NCBI GenBank assembly: GCA_046583095.1
Contig: JAYGDB010000048.1
Span: 18,865-82,864, forward strand
DNA from: Myxococcota bacterium
GTDB lineage: Bacteria; Myxococcota_A; UBA9160; UBA4427
Direction: 5' to 3'
DNA: 64,000 nucleotides
The notes under the pieces were generated by a model. The model saw nothing but the letters and a program-made list of their open reading frames with translations. It did no database searches and was not told the origin of the DNA. Shown here one piece after another: positions 10,349 through 18,755 of this stretch (its first letter is position 1; every line of letters starts with the position of its first letter). The translations under genes were made by a program, and so were the position numbers.

Positions 10349-11344
10349 ATGAGTTCGCCGATCCTGCCGCCAGGCAAGCTGCCTCCCGCCCTTCTCGCTG
10401 AACTCCTGCCCGATGCGGCCGACCTGCCGGCTGAAGTCCGCGTGGGGCCGCGCATCGGCGAGGACGCCTGTGCGATCGCCATCGAGGGCGGCAGCCTGAT
10501 CGCCGCGACGGATCCGATCACGCTGTTCGGAAGCGGCGTCGCCAGCCACGCGGTATGGATCAACGCCAACGACGTCGCGGTGATGGGCGTCGAGCCCCGC
10601 TGGTTCCTCGCGAACGTGATGCTTCCGATCGGAACGCGCGAGGACGAAGTTCGCGACCTGTTCGCGTCGATGCAGGAGGCACTCGGCGAGCTGGGTGCCG
10701 TACTCGTAGGTGGACACAGCGAGATCACCGGCGCGGTCAACATGCCCCTGGTCGTCGGGCAGATGCTCGGCTGGTGCGAGGGCGAGCGCTTCGTAACGAC
10801 CGGGGGCGTTCGTCCGGGCGACGTGATCCTGCAGGTGGGACGAACCCCGGTGGAGGGGGCCCTGGTGATCGCCGATGCGCGGCCGGACGTGAAAGTCGAT
10901 GCGCAGCTACTCGCCCGGGCCAGGCAGGCGCTGCGCGATCCCGGCATCTCGATCGTCGCGCCGGCGCTGCTTGCCGCGCGCCACGGCGCCACGGCGCTCC
11001 ACGACCCGACCGAAGGTGGGATCGCCACCGCGCTTCACGAGGTGGCCGAGGCGGGGGAAGTCGCCATCGTCGACCTCGACCCCGCAGCCGTGCTGTGGTT
11101 CGAGCCGGGCGTCGCGCTCTGCCGAGCGATCGGCGCCGATCCGTGGGGGACCCTCGCATCGGGGGCCCTGCTTGCCGCGTTCGGGCCGGACGAGGCAAGC
11201 GCCGCCCGGGATGCGCTCACCGCGCAGGGGTACGAGGTCGCCGAGATCGCCCGCGCCGAAGCGGGATCCGGAGTCACGCGAACGGATGGAACCCCCCTGC
11301 CCCGCTTCGGGCGCGACGAGCTCTCGCGGGTGCTGGACAGCTAG
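10349..11344 (+). CDS. AIR synthase-related (PurM/HypE/SelD superfamily) protein
   Basis: LPPGKLPPALLAELL, GEDACAI, ATDPITL and NDVAVMGVEPRWF resemble HypE/ThiL-like N- and C-domains. It lacks a C-terminal Cys. The start (10316 or 10349) is uncertain. Confidence 0.7.
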   Translation: MSSPILPPGKLPPALLAELLPDAADLPAEVRVGPRIGEDACAIAIEGGSLIAATDPITLFGSGVASHAVWINANDVAVMGVEPRWFLANVMLPIGTREDEVRDLFASMQEALGELGAVLVGGHSEITGAVNMPLVVGQMLGWCEGERFVTTGGVRPGDVILQVGRTPVEGALVIADARPDVKVDAQLLARARQALRDPGISIVAPALLAARHGATALHDPTEGGIATALHEVAEAGEVAIVDLDPAAVLWFEPGVALCRAIGADPWGTLASGALLAAFGPDEASAARDALTAQGYEVAEIARAEAGSGVTRTDGTPLPRFGRDELSRVLDS

Positions 11345-11348
11345 CCGG

Positions 11349-11365
11349 CGAATCTGGCGATTCGC
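11349..11365. terminator. short hairpin between convergent genes
   Basis: gcgaatc-tggc-gattcgc: 7-bp stem, no U-tract. Confidence 0.35.
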
Positions 11366-11403
11366 TCGCCGCGCGGCGCGGACGCGATTCTCCGGTCACG
11401 CGG

Positions 11404-12957
11404 CTAGCCGAAGAGCGCCTCCAGCTCGTGCTTGACGATCTTGCCCATCGCGTTTCGCGGCATCTCGTCGACGAAGCGGATCTCCGCCGGCGTCTTGTAG
11501 CGCGCCAGCTCGCTCCGGACGTGGGCCAGCAGCTCCTCGGTCGTTGCCGAGTCCCCCAACTGGAGGACCGCAACGACCCGCTCACCGAGTCGCTCGTCGG
11601 GCAAGCCGAACACCGCGGCGGCAACAACCGACGGGTGCTCGCCGAGAACGCGCTCGACCTCGGCCGGATACACGTTCGCACCGCCGCGCAGGATCAGTTC
11701 GTTGCGGCGCCCGCGGATGTAGAGATCCCCGCCGGCTTCGAGGAAGCCGATATCGCCGGTGTGGTAGAGGCCGCCGCGCAGAACCTCGCGCGTGGCATCC
11801 GACCGCTTCCAGTAGCCGAGCATCGGCGTGTAGACGTCCGCCCAGGCGCCCGTCCGTGCAGGGCCGACGCAGATCTCTCCCACTTCGCCGGGCGGGAGGG
11901 GTTCGTCGTCGTCACCCAGGATGTGGATCTCGATCTGCGGCAGCGCGGTTCCGCACAGTCCGGGCTTGTCGGCCGGCGCACCGGAGGCGCTCGTCACGGC
12001 CGTCGGAGCCTCTGTCATCCCGTAGCCGATACCGACCTCCTTGCCGAATCGTTCGCGGTACAGCGACCGGAACTCCTCGGGGCAATCCGCACCGCCCACC
12101 ATCGGCCGCTCGAGCGAAGCGAGGTCTTCCGCCGTGACGTCGGGATGGGTGAAGAGATCGTGGAGGATCGTCGGCACCGCGGCGAAGTGGCCGACCCGTT
12201 CCTTCCGGACCCACTCCGCGAGCCCGACGGGATCGATGCGGTCCATCGCCACGCAGGTGCTCCCCACCTGGAACGCCGTGAGGGGCGCCAGCACGATCAG
12301 GTTCAGGATCGTGAGGGGTAGAACGACGCCCTGCCGCGTGTCCGGGCCGTAGAGACCCGTCGCCGCCGAAACCGCGCCCGGCAGCAGCAGGTTGTGATGG
12401 CTGTGCACGGCGCCCTTCGGGCGGCCGGTCGTGCCGCTCGTGTAGGCGATGGCGGCGGGACCGAAGGGATCGATCTCCGCACACGCTGCGGGACGCGGCG
12501 GGTCGCCCGCAGCCGCCATCTCGCGGGCCCATTCGTCTTCGTCCAGCACGAGGTCGCGATCGCGGATTTCACCCGCGAGGTCCGCACTCGTCAGGTAGAC
12601 GCGTGCGCCGCTGTCCTCGAGAAGCCAGGCCTTCTCGGGAGTCGCCAGCGGGCGATTCACGCCCACCCAGATGGCACCGAGCCGGATCGTCCCGAGGAAC
12701 GCGACCACGATCGGGAGATCGTTCGGGAGACACGCCGCAACCCGGTCGCCCGCAGCGACACCGCGCGCAGACAGCACCTCCGCGGCGCGGTTCACCTCTC
12801 GATCGAGTTGCTCGTAGCTGAGACGACCGCTGCGGCCGATCAGCGCGACGCGCTCTGGGGCCTCTTCGAGCACCCAGTCGAACACCTCGCTCACGCGCTG
12901 GGTACGGCCGCTCGGGAGCTTCGGTCGCGTCGTCGGCGCAATCAGGCCGTGGTCCAC
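11404..12957 (-). CDS. AMP-dependent synthetase/ligase (acyl-CoA synthetase family)
   Basis: AMP-binding motif AYTSGTTGRPKGAVHSHHN, plus GYGMTE and a C-terminal PRNAMGKIVK. Confidence 0.9.
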   Translation of the reverse strand: MDHGLIAPTTRPKLPSGRTQRVSEVFDWVLEEAPERVALIGRSGRLSYEQLDREVNRAAEVLSARGVAAGDRVAACLPNDLPIVVAFLGTIRLGAIWVGVNRPLATPEKAWLLEDSGARVYLTSADLAGEIRDRDLVLDEDEWAREMAAAGDPPRPAACAEIDPFGPAAIAYTSGTTGRPKGAVHSHHNLLLPGAVSAATGLYGPDTRQGVVLPLTILNLIVLAPLTAFQVGSTCVAMDRIDPVGLAEWVRKERVGHFAAVPTILHDLFTHPDVTAEDLASLERPMVGGADCPEEFRSLYRERFGKEVGIGYGMTEAPTAVTSASGAPADKPGLCGTALPQIEIHILGDDDEPLPPGEVGEICVGPARTGAWADVYTPMLGYWKRSDATREVLRGGLYHTGDIGFLEAGGDLYIRGRRNELILRGGANVYPAEVERVLGEHPSVVAAAVFGLPDERLGERVVAVLQLGDSATTEELLAHVRSELARYKTPAEIRFVDEMPRNAMGKIVKHELEALFG

Positions 12958-12964
12958 GTCCGTC

Positions 12965-13834
12965 TCAGGAGAGCGGCACGATCACGTTGTTCGCGAAGCC
13001 CTCGAGATAGGCGCGCTTCGCGTCCAGGTCGCTCGTGGGCCCGACCGTATACGTGAAGGGGTAGCTGACGGTCGCCGTCGCCCCGGCGTCCTCGAGTCGC
13101 TTGAACGCGTCGGGATCGGGCTCGGTGACGAGGGGAACGACCGCCTCGAAGGGCTCGTTCTCGCGCCCAGCCGCCTTCCGATGCTCGCGGATCTTCGCGA
13201 GCATCTCGAGCGCCTCCTCGGGGGTCTGGCCGGATCCCAGCCAGCCATCGCCGAACGTTCCAGCGCGGCGCAGTGCGACCTCGCTGATTCCGCCGATGTA
13301 GATCGGTACGGGCTCCGTAGGCGCCGGTGCCATCTGCAGCGGGGGAAAATCGTAGGCGTTGCCGTGGTGCTCGACCATTTCACCCGTCCACAGCTTCCGG
13401 CACACCTCCATCGACTCGTTGAAGAGCCTGCCGCGTGCCTTGAAGTCGACGCCCATGATGTCGAACTCCTCGTGCATCCATCCGGCGCCCGCGCCCAGGG
13501 CGAAGCGGTTGTTCGAAAGAACCGCCAGGGTGCCCGTCGCCTTGGCGACCTCGATCGGATCGTGCAGAGGCAGGATGTAGATCAACGTCGAGAAGCGCAG
13601 CTTCGAAGTCACCGCCGCCATCGCCGCAATGGTCGGCCACGGCTGCGGCCAGGGCGTCTCGGCCAAGAAGCCCGGATCGCCGTCCTCGCTGTAGGGGTAT
13701 CTCTTCTCGAAACTGCCGGGAAGAAAGAGGTGGTCCGAGACAAAGGCTCCTTCGAAGCCCACCTCCTCGACGATCTTGGCGGTCTCGATGAGCTGATCGG
13801 TTTCGGTGAAGGCGAGGGACTGCCAGAACTTCAT
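12965..13834 (-). CDS. LLM-class (luciferase-like) flavin/F420-dependent oxidoreductase
   Basis: MKFWQSLAFTE.., FEGAFVSDHL and RFALGAGAGW are typical of the luciferase-like monooxygenase fold. Confidence 0.8.
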   Translation of the reverse strand: MKFWQSLAFTETDQLIETAKIVEEVGFEGAFVSDHLFLPGSFEKRYPYSEDGDPGFLAETPWPQPWPTIAAMAAVTSKLRFSTLIYILPLHDPIEVAKATGTLAVLSNNRFALGAGAGWMHEEFDIMGVDFKARGRLFNESMEVCRKLWTGEMVEHHGNAYDFPPLQMAPAPTEPVPIYIGGISEVALRRAGTFGDGWLGSGQTPEEALEMLAKIREHRKAAGRENEPFEAVVPLVTEPDPDAFKRLEDAGATATVSYPFTYTVGPTSDLDAKRAYLEGFANNVIVPLS

Positions 13835-13861
13835 GCAGGAGGATCTCCGGTTCGGATGGGA

Positions 13862-14818
13862 TTAGTAGGAGCCTTGCTGTTCGAAAATGCGGCGCGGGTT
13901 GTCGACGGTCATTTCCCGGATCTGCTCTTCGGTCACGCCATTCTTGCGAAGTGCCGGCACGACGTCGCACGGAATGTGCCGGAAGTTCCAGTTCGGCACC
14001 ATTGCGAGACTCAGGCCCGGGTCCATGTTGGGAAAGAAGTCGATGTGGCAGCAGGCATCATGGGACAACACCATCTGGCCTGCGTGACCGTTGCTGCAGA
14101 GCTCGGCAATCACGTGGACGCGCTGCTCCGTGGGCAGGATCATGTCCAGTCCGAAGCGATCCATTCCGATGAAGCTGCCCCGCTCGAGAATTTCCGTGAG
14201 GTACTCGATGTCCTCCGAGTCGCCGCAGTGTCCGATCACGACCCGCGACAGATCGACCCCCTCCTCCTCGAAGACTTCCTGCTGACCCAGCCCCGACCGG
14301 CATGCCACGTCGGTGTGGGTCGAGATGGGGACACCGGTCGCTCGGTGCAGCTTGGCGGCGGTCTGAAGGAGCTTCTTGTTGAACTCGGTGACGCCGGACT
14401 CGTTCGTCGCGCACTTGATGAGGCCCGCCTTGATGTCCGTGCCCTGGATCCCATCGGTGATGTCGCGAATCAGCCACTCGACGAGCTTCTCCGGAGGCCA
14501 CGCCTCGAGCCAGGGCTCCTCGTGGTAGTAGAGTCCGGTGGACGCGATCACGTTGACGTCGGCACGCGCAGCGGCCTCGTGGATGATGTGGATGTCGCGG
14601 CCGATGTTGATGGGCGTGAGATCGGCGACGGTCTTGACTCCCGCTTCCTTCGCCTTCACGAGTTCACCCGCCGCGTACTCGACGATCTGCTCGGCGTCGA
14701 TCCAGTCCGCGAAGGCCTGCCGCATCGACCAGTTGGCGATCATGATGTGCTCGTGCATGAGCGTGAAGCCGAGCGCATCCGTGTCGATGGGGCCGAGCAC
14801 ACCGTTGACTGTCGCCAT
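13862..14818 (-). CDS. phosphotriesterase-family (PTER-like) amidohydrolase
   Basis: ATG 14818 follows GAGGAGAAG. MATVNGVLGPIDTDALGFTLMHEHI carries the HxH metal motif, and ..VLSHD.. is present. The track ORF extends artefactually to 15613. Confidence 0.85.
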   Translation of the reverse strand: MATVNGVLGPIDTDALGFTLMHEHIMIANWSMRQAFADWIDAEQIVEYAAGELVKAKEAGVKTVADLTPINIGRDIHIIHEAAARADVNVIASTGLYYHEEPWLEAWPPEKLVEWLIRDITDGIQGTDIKAGLIKCATNESGVTEFNKKLLQTAAKLHRATGVPISTHTDVACRSGLGQQEVFEEEGVDLSRVVIGHCGDSEDIEYLTEILERGSFIGMDRFGLDMILPTEQRVHVIAELCSNGHAGQMVLSHDACCHIDFFPNMDPGLSLAMVPNWNFRHIPCDVVPALRKNGVTEEQIREMTVDNPRRIFEQQGSY

Positions 14819-15025
14819 GACTTCTCCTCTCCGAACGCGAGGCCGCGATGATCGTCCATCCCCGGGAGGGGCTCCAGAAGCCGACCCGGAACGGCAACCG
14901 ACCGGCAGATGCGACCGACAGTCCCTCCGGGGCGTGCCGACAGGGCCGCCTCGGCGGGGATCCGCGGACCCGCCGTAACCCACGTCCCTCTCGAGGCCAC
15001 TTATCTTATCAAGGAGAAGCACGTC

Positions 15026-15670
15026 ATGGAGTTCGCTGTCGGCGAGCAGATCACCCGCGTCAGCCGAAGGATTCGAGGCTGGCGCGAGGATGACGATCTG
15101 ACTCTGCAAGAGCTCGCCGAGCTCAGCGGCCTCGCGACGAGCACGGTTCAGAAGGTCGAGACCGGACAGATGATGCCCAGCCTGGCCGTTCTCCTGAAGC
15201 TCGCTCACGGACTCGGCCGGCCGATCTCGGAGATGCTCGCGGACGGCGACACCGAGATCGACGTCTTCCACTCCCGAGCCTGCGAGCGCGAACCCAGCAA
15301 CACTGGTGGAGCCGTTGTCGGCGAGCGCCTGAGCGGCGACCTCATGAAGTCGGCGCTCGAGACGTGGCGGGTGACCCTGGAGCCGGGGGCTTCGAGCGGC
15401 AGCGACCCGATGCAATACGAGGGCGAAGAGCTCGTCGTGTGTGGCGAAGGTCTCGTCCGCTTCCGGATCGGCGACGAGGAGTACGTGCTGCGGGCGGGCG
15501 ACAGCCTCCACTTCCGCGCGTGTATCCCGCACTCCTGGCGCAACGACGGTTCCGTCCCGACGCGGTTCACGATCACCAGCAGCTTGCCGCTGGTGTTCCG
15601 GAGCCTGATGCACAGCCGGGTGCCGAGTCCGACCGTGGACGTCGAAGAGCTCCTCTCCCTGAGCGCCTGA
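15026..15670 (+). CDS. XRE-family HTH transcriptional regulator with C-terminal cupin domain
   Basis: ATG 15026 follows AAGGAGA. HTH is LTLQELAELSGLATSTVQKVETGQ, and the cupin is GEELVVCGEGLVRFRIGDEEYVLRAGDSLHF. Confidence 0.85.
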   Translation: MEFAVGEQITRVSRRIRGWREDDDLTLQELAELSGLATSTVQKVETGQMMPSLAVLLKLAHGLGRPISEMLADGDTEIDVFHSRACEREPSNTGGAVVGERLSGDLMKSALETWRVTLEPGASSGSDPMQYEGEELVVCGEGLVRFRIGDEEYVLRAGDSLHFRACIPHSWRNDGSVPTRFTITSSLPLVFRSLMHSRVPSPTVDVEELLSLSA

Positions 15671-15717
15671 CCGCTCGCATGCGGTAGCCTCCCGAGGTAG
15701 GTGCTGGGGGGACCGCG

Positions 15718-16002
15718 ATGCCGCTCTTCGTATACCGGGGCCAGGACGGCCCCAACGGCCTCGAACTCCGCAAGACCGTGCGCGAGCAGCACCTCGCGCA
15801 CCTGAAGCAGCTTGCCGACGCTGGGCGGATCCGGTTCGCGGGGCCCCTGATCGACGCGTCGGACGCCCCCTGCGGCTCGCTCGTGATCTTCGAGGCGGCC
15901 GACCTCGAGAGCGCCCGTCGCGTGGCCGAGAGCGATCCCTACCTCACGCAAGGCGTCTTCGAGAGCGTGGATGTGCAGGGGACGAAGGCCGTCCTACCCT
16001 GA
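15718..16002 (+). CDS. YciI family protein
   Basis: 94 aa with REQHLAHL..AGRIRFAGPL..SLVIFEA..A..ADPY, the YciI-like pattern. Confidence 0.8.
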   Translation: MPLFVYRGQDGPNGLELRKTVREQHLAHLKQLADAGRIRFAGPLIDASDAPCGSLVIFEAADLESARRVAESDPYLTQGVFESVDVQGTKAVLP

Positions 16003-16034
16003 AACTCCGCGCCCGAGAGCGGGGAGGAATCTCG

Positions 16035-16886
16035 ATGCCGGAATGCCCGCTCAGCGTCGACCGGATACAGCTCGCCGTCCACGACCGTCCGGCTGCCGCC
16101 GCGGCCTGGGTGAAGCTGCTCGACGCGGCCGTCGTCCGAGAGGATCGGGTGGCCGCCCTGGGCTGCCGCCGCACGGTCCTCGCCGTGGGAACCAGCGAGG
16201 TCGAACTCCTCGAAGCCGACGGCCCCGGCCCCGTCCACGAAGCCGGTCCCGGCCTGTTTGCCGCCGGCTTCGCGACTGGCGATCTCCCCGGCCTCACCGA
16301 TCACCTCCGAAGCCACGGTGTCGAACTCGCGAGCGAAGGGGATCAGGTCTTCATCGCGGCGGATGCCCTCGATTCGCAGGGACTCCGGGTGGTGCTGTCG
16401 CCCGCAGCTGAGCGAAGTCGTCAGGGCTTGCTCTCCCGGCTCTACGAGGTCACGAATCTCGTCCAGCACCCCAAGGCATGGTGCGAGCGCTTCGCGAAAC
16501 TCTTCGGCCTCGACATCGGAACCTTCGTGCCGATTCGATCGGAGAACTTCGGCTACGACGGCAGGCTGACCCTCTTCCGAGCAGGCGAGCTCGATCGGGT
16601 CGAGATCATCCACCCCTACGACCTGGACAAGACCATGGGGCGCTTCTTCGCGAAGCGCGGTCCGTGCCTGTACATGTGTTACGGCGAAAGCGACAGGGCC
16701 GACGACATCCGCGAGCGTGCGCGCACCCATGCAGCGAGCCACTGGACGGGGCCCGACGACGACAAGGCCGTCGACGGCCTATTCCTGCATCCGAGCAGCC
16801 TGGGCGGCGTGATGCTCGGTGTCTCCCGGACCACCTACGCGTGGACGTGGTCGGGCTCACCGGACCGGGTCGAACCTGCAGACTAG
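16035..16886 (+). CDS. two-domain VOC/glyoxalase-like protein (tentative)
   Basis: 283 aa with two beta-alpha-beta-beta-beta-like halves (IQLAVHD..VELLEADG; EVTNLV..VEIIHP). Family assignment is weak. Confidence 0.5.
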   Translation: MPECPLSVDRIQLAVHDRPAAAAAWVKLLDAAVVREDRVAALGCRRTVLAVGTSEVELLEADGPGPVHEAGPGLFAAGFATGDLPGLTDHLRSHGVELASEGDQVFIAADALDSQGLRVVLSPAAERSRQGLLSRLYEVTNLVQHPKAWCERFAKLFGLDIGTFVPIRSENFGYDGRLTLFRAGELDRVEIIHPYDLDKTMGRFFAKRGPCLYMCYGESDRADDIRERARTHAASHWTGPDDDKAVDGLFLHPSSLGGVMLGVSRTTYAWTWSGSPDRVEPAD

Positions 16887-16938
16887 ATCGAAGCCCGGGT
16901 CCACCGCAGCCGATTCTCGCGCAGCTGGGAACTCGAGC

Positions 16939-17346
16939 CTACGCCCAATCGAAGACCAGCTCCGTCTCGATCTCGGGATGGATGCTCTGCTTGACGGGAC
17001 AGGTACGTGCGGCCTCCTCGAGCGTCGCTCGAGCATCCGCCGCGAAGCCGGCGGGCAGCTCGAAGTGCAGCACGAGACGCCCCACCCGACGCACCGGGTC
17101 GGCCACCATGTGCTTCTCGACTCGGCTCCGGGCGCCCTCGAGCTTCCAGCCCTCCCGGCGGGCCACGATGCCCATCACCGTGAGCGTGCAGGTGCCCAGC
17201 GCGGTCGCGAGCAGGTCGGTCGGCGAGAACGACTCCCCTCGGCCCTGGTTGTCCACCGGAGCGTCGGTCTCGAGCTCCCGCCCCGAAGGGCCGTGCCGGC
17301 AGGTCGTGTGTAGATCGCCCTCGTAGGCGACGTCAATTTTCACCAT
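16939..17346 (-). CDS. OsmC/Ohr family protein
   Basis: 135 aa with FSPTDLLATALGTCTLTVM and ARTCPV, the two conserved Cys regions. Confidence 0.85.
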   Translation of the reverse strand: MVKIDVAYEGDLHTTCRHGPSGRELETDAPVDNQGRGESFSPTDLLATALGTCTLTVMGIVARREGWKLEGARSRVEKHMVADPVRRVGRLVLHFELPAGFAADARATLEEAARTCPVKQSIHPEIETELVFDWA

Positions 17347-17360
17347 GGCGGTTCTCCTGG

Positions 17361-17903
17361 ATGCGCGATGATAGGGCTCCGATGAGCGAGGTCTCGTGCG
17401 ATGCTTGCGGCGAGTCCTTCGACGCGCGCGTCCTCGCCTGCTGCCCCGCCTGCCTGGCGGCGCGCTGGCTCGCCACCGAGCGACTGGTTCGCGAGAAGCA
17501 CGATCCGGCGGCCAACGCGAACCGGCTCGACAGCTACCGCTCGATTCTCACGCCGCGGACCAAGGCCGATCTCGGCGAGGTGCTGAACCACGCAGCCCGG
17601 CACGGACGCTGGTACCGGGATCTCGACTACGGGATGTGGGTTCACGTCACGCAAGAGCCCCTGGGACGGGTGCCCGGTGTGGGGATCCCGGCCGGACGCG
17701 AGAGCGCCGAACACGCCCTGGACTGCTTGTTCATCGCGGAGGCGGACTCGCCCGAAGAGGCGCACGTCTTCGCTGCGGACGCACAGCGACACGACGCCCA
17801 GGTGCTTGCGGGGATTTTCGTACCCCTAGGGGGGTGCGAGCGACCGGACTGCGAGAACCTCGCCGTTCCCGGTGACTCGCACTGCGTCGCTCACGCGCGG
17901 TGA
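17361..17903 (+). CDS. hypothetical protein with N- and C-terminal Cys clusters
   Basis: High GC3 coding frame. Contains CDACGESFDARVLACCPAC and, at the C-terminus, GGCERPDCEN..DSHC. No recognised family; the start may be 17382. Confidence 0.5.
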   Translation: MRDDRAPMSEVSCDACGESFDARVLACCPACLAARWLATERLVREKHDPAANANRLDSYRSILTPRTKADLGEVLNHAARHGRWYRDLDYGMWVHVTQEPLGRVPGVGIPAGRESAEHALDCLFIAEADSPEEAHVFAADAQRHDAQVLAGIFVPLGGCERPDCENLAVPGDSHCVAHAR

Positions 17904-18010
17904 TGTTCTAGCCGCCCGGGTTGGAACCAGGAAGCGCGAGGCGGTGACTCTTCCTGTGTCCTCCTAGCGAGTTCCTCGTGGCGGGCCGATCCACCCGCCG
18001 GAGCTGGGAA

Positions 18011-18036
18011 GACCCGGGAAGACACCTGCCCGGGTC
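18011..18036. terminator. 8-bp hairpin between convergent genes
   Basis: gacccggg-N10-cccgggtc, no U-tract. Confidence 0.35.
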
Positions 18037-18113
18037 TCTCGACTCCCTGCGGCGAGGGCGGACACGCCGGCCCGGTGGGAAACCACCGGGCCGCTGTTCT
18101 TCTCGGGGTCGCC

Positions 18114-18722
18114 TCAGTAGCGGTACTGAATGCCCACCGTGAAGGTCGTGAACTGGTAGTCATCGAGGGACCCTGCCGGCAGCAGGTAGACGATCTCCAG
18201 ATCGACGACCACCGCCTCCGAGAGGTACAAGTCGACGCCGCCACCGATCCTGGCGACGAAGCCCAGATCGGCGTCGCGCTTCTGGGTGAAGGAAAGGAGC
18301 CCGACGCCCGCGACCCCGTAGGGCTGGACCCGGCCGAGCAGCGGATACCCCTTCGCGTTCCCGGTCAGCGACCAGCCGTTGAAGCTATCCTTCGAGCCGC
18401 TGGTCCGGTCTTTCACCGAAAAGCCGCCGTGGAACTGGAAGAGCAGCTCTCCGGCGAAGTTCGGATGCACCCGTGAGCCGCCACGCAGCTCGAACCCTCC
18501 CCCATCCTCGGCGCTGATCCCCAGAGCCGCTCCCCCGATCGCGGCGCCGCGATCGAAGTTCTCGAGCGCGAAGAGAGCGCCGACACCCACGTAGAGCCCC
18601 TCGCGAGCGAAGGGGTAGTAGTCATCGTCCCAGTCGTCCAGCTGCGCCGAGGCGTGCGGGGCAAAGGCCAGGCAAACTGCTGCGCCGAGCAGCCACGAAG
18701 CGGTACCGAAGAAGCGGTGCAT
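18114..18722 (-). CDS. small outer-membrane beta-barrel protein (OmpA-like/OmpX-like barrel)
   Basis: Signal peptide ..APHASA|QL, alternating amphipathic strands, and a C-terminal ..GIQYRY aromatic terminus. Confidence 0.75.
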   Translation of the reverse strand: MHRFFGTASWLLGAAVCLAFAPHASAQLDDWDDDYYPFAREGLYVGVGALFALENFDRGAAIGGAALGISAEDGGGFELRGGSRVHPNFAGELLFQFHGGFSVKDRTSGSKDSFNGWSLTGNAKGYPLLGRVQPYGVAGVGLLSFTQKRDADLGFVARIGGGVDLYLSEAVVVDLEIVYLLPAGSLDDYQFTTFTVGIQYRY

Positions 18723-18755
18723 AAGGCTGGAACCCCCCGCGCGGGGTTTACCACA

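Noticed and set aside
10349-11344. Linking the AIR-synthase-related gene functionally to selenium metabolism, since it belongs to the same superfamily as SelD.
   Set aside because: It has no Sec/Cys-Lys N-terminal motif, lies 28 kb from selD, and its sequence looks more HypE/ThiL-like. There is no supporting context.
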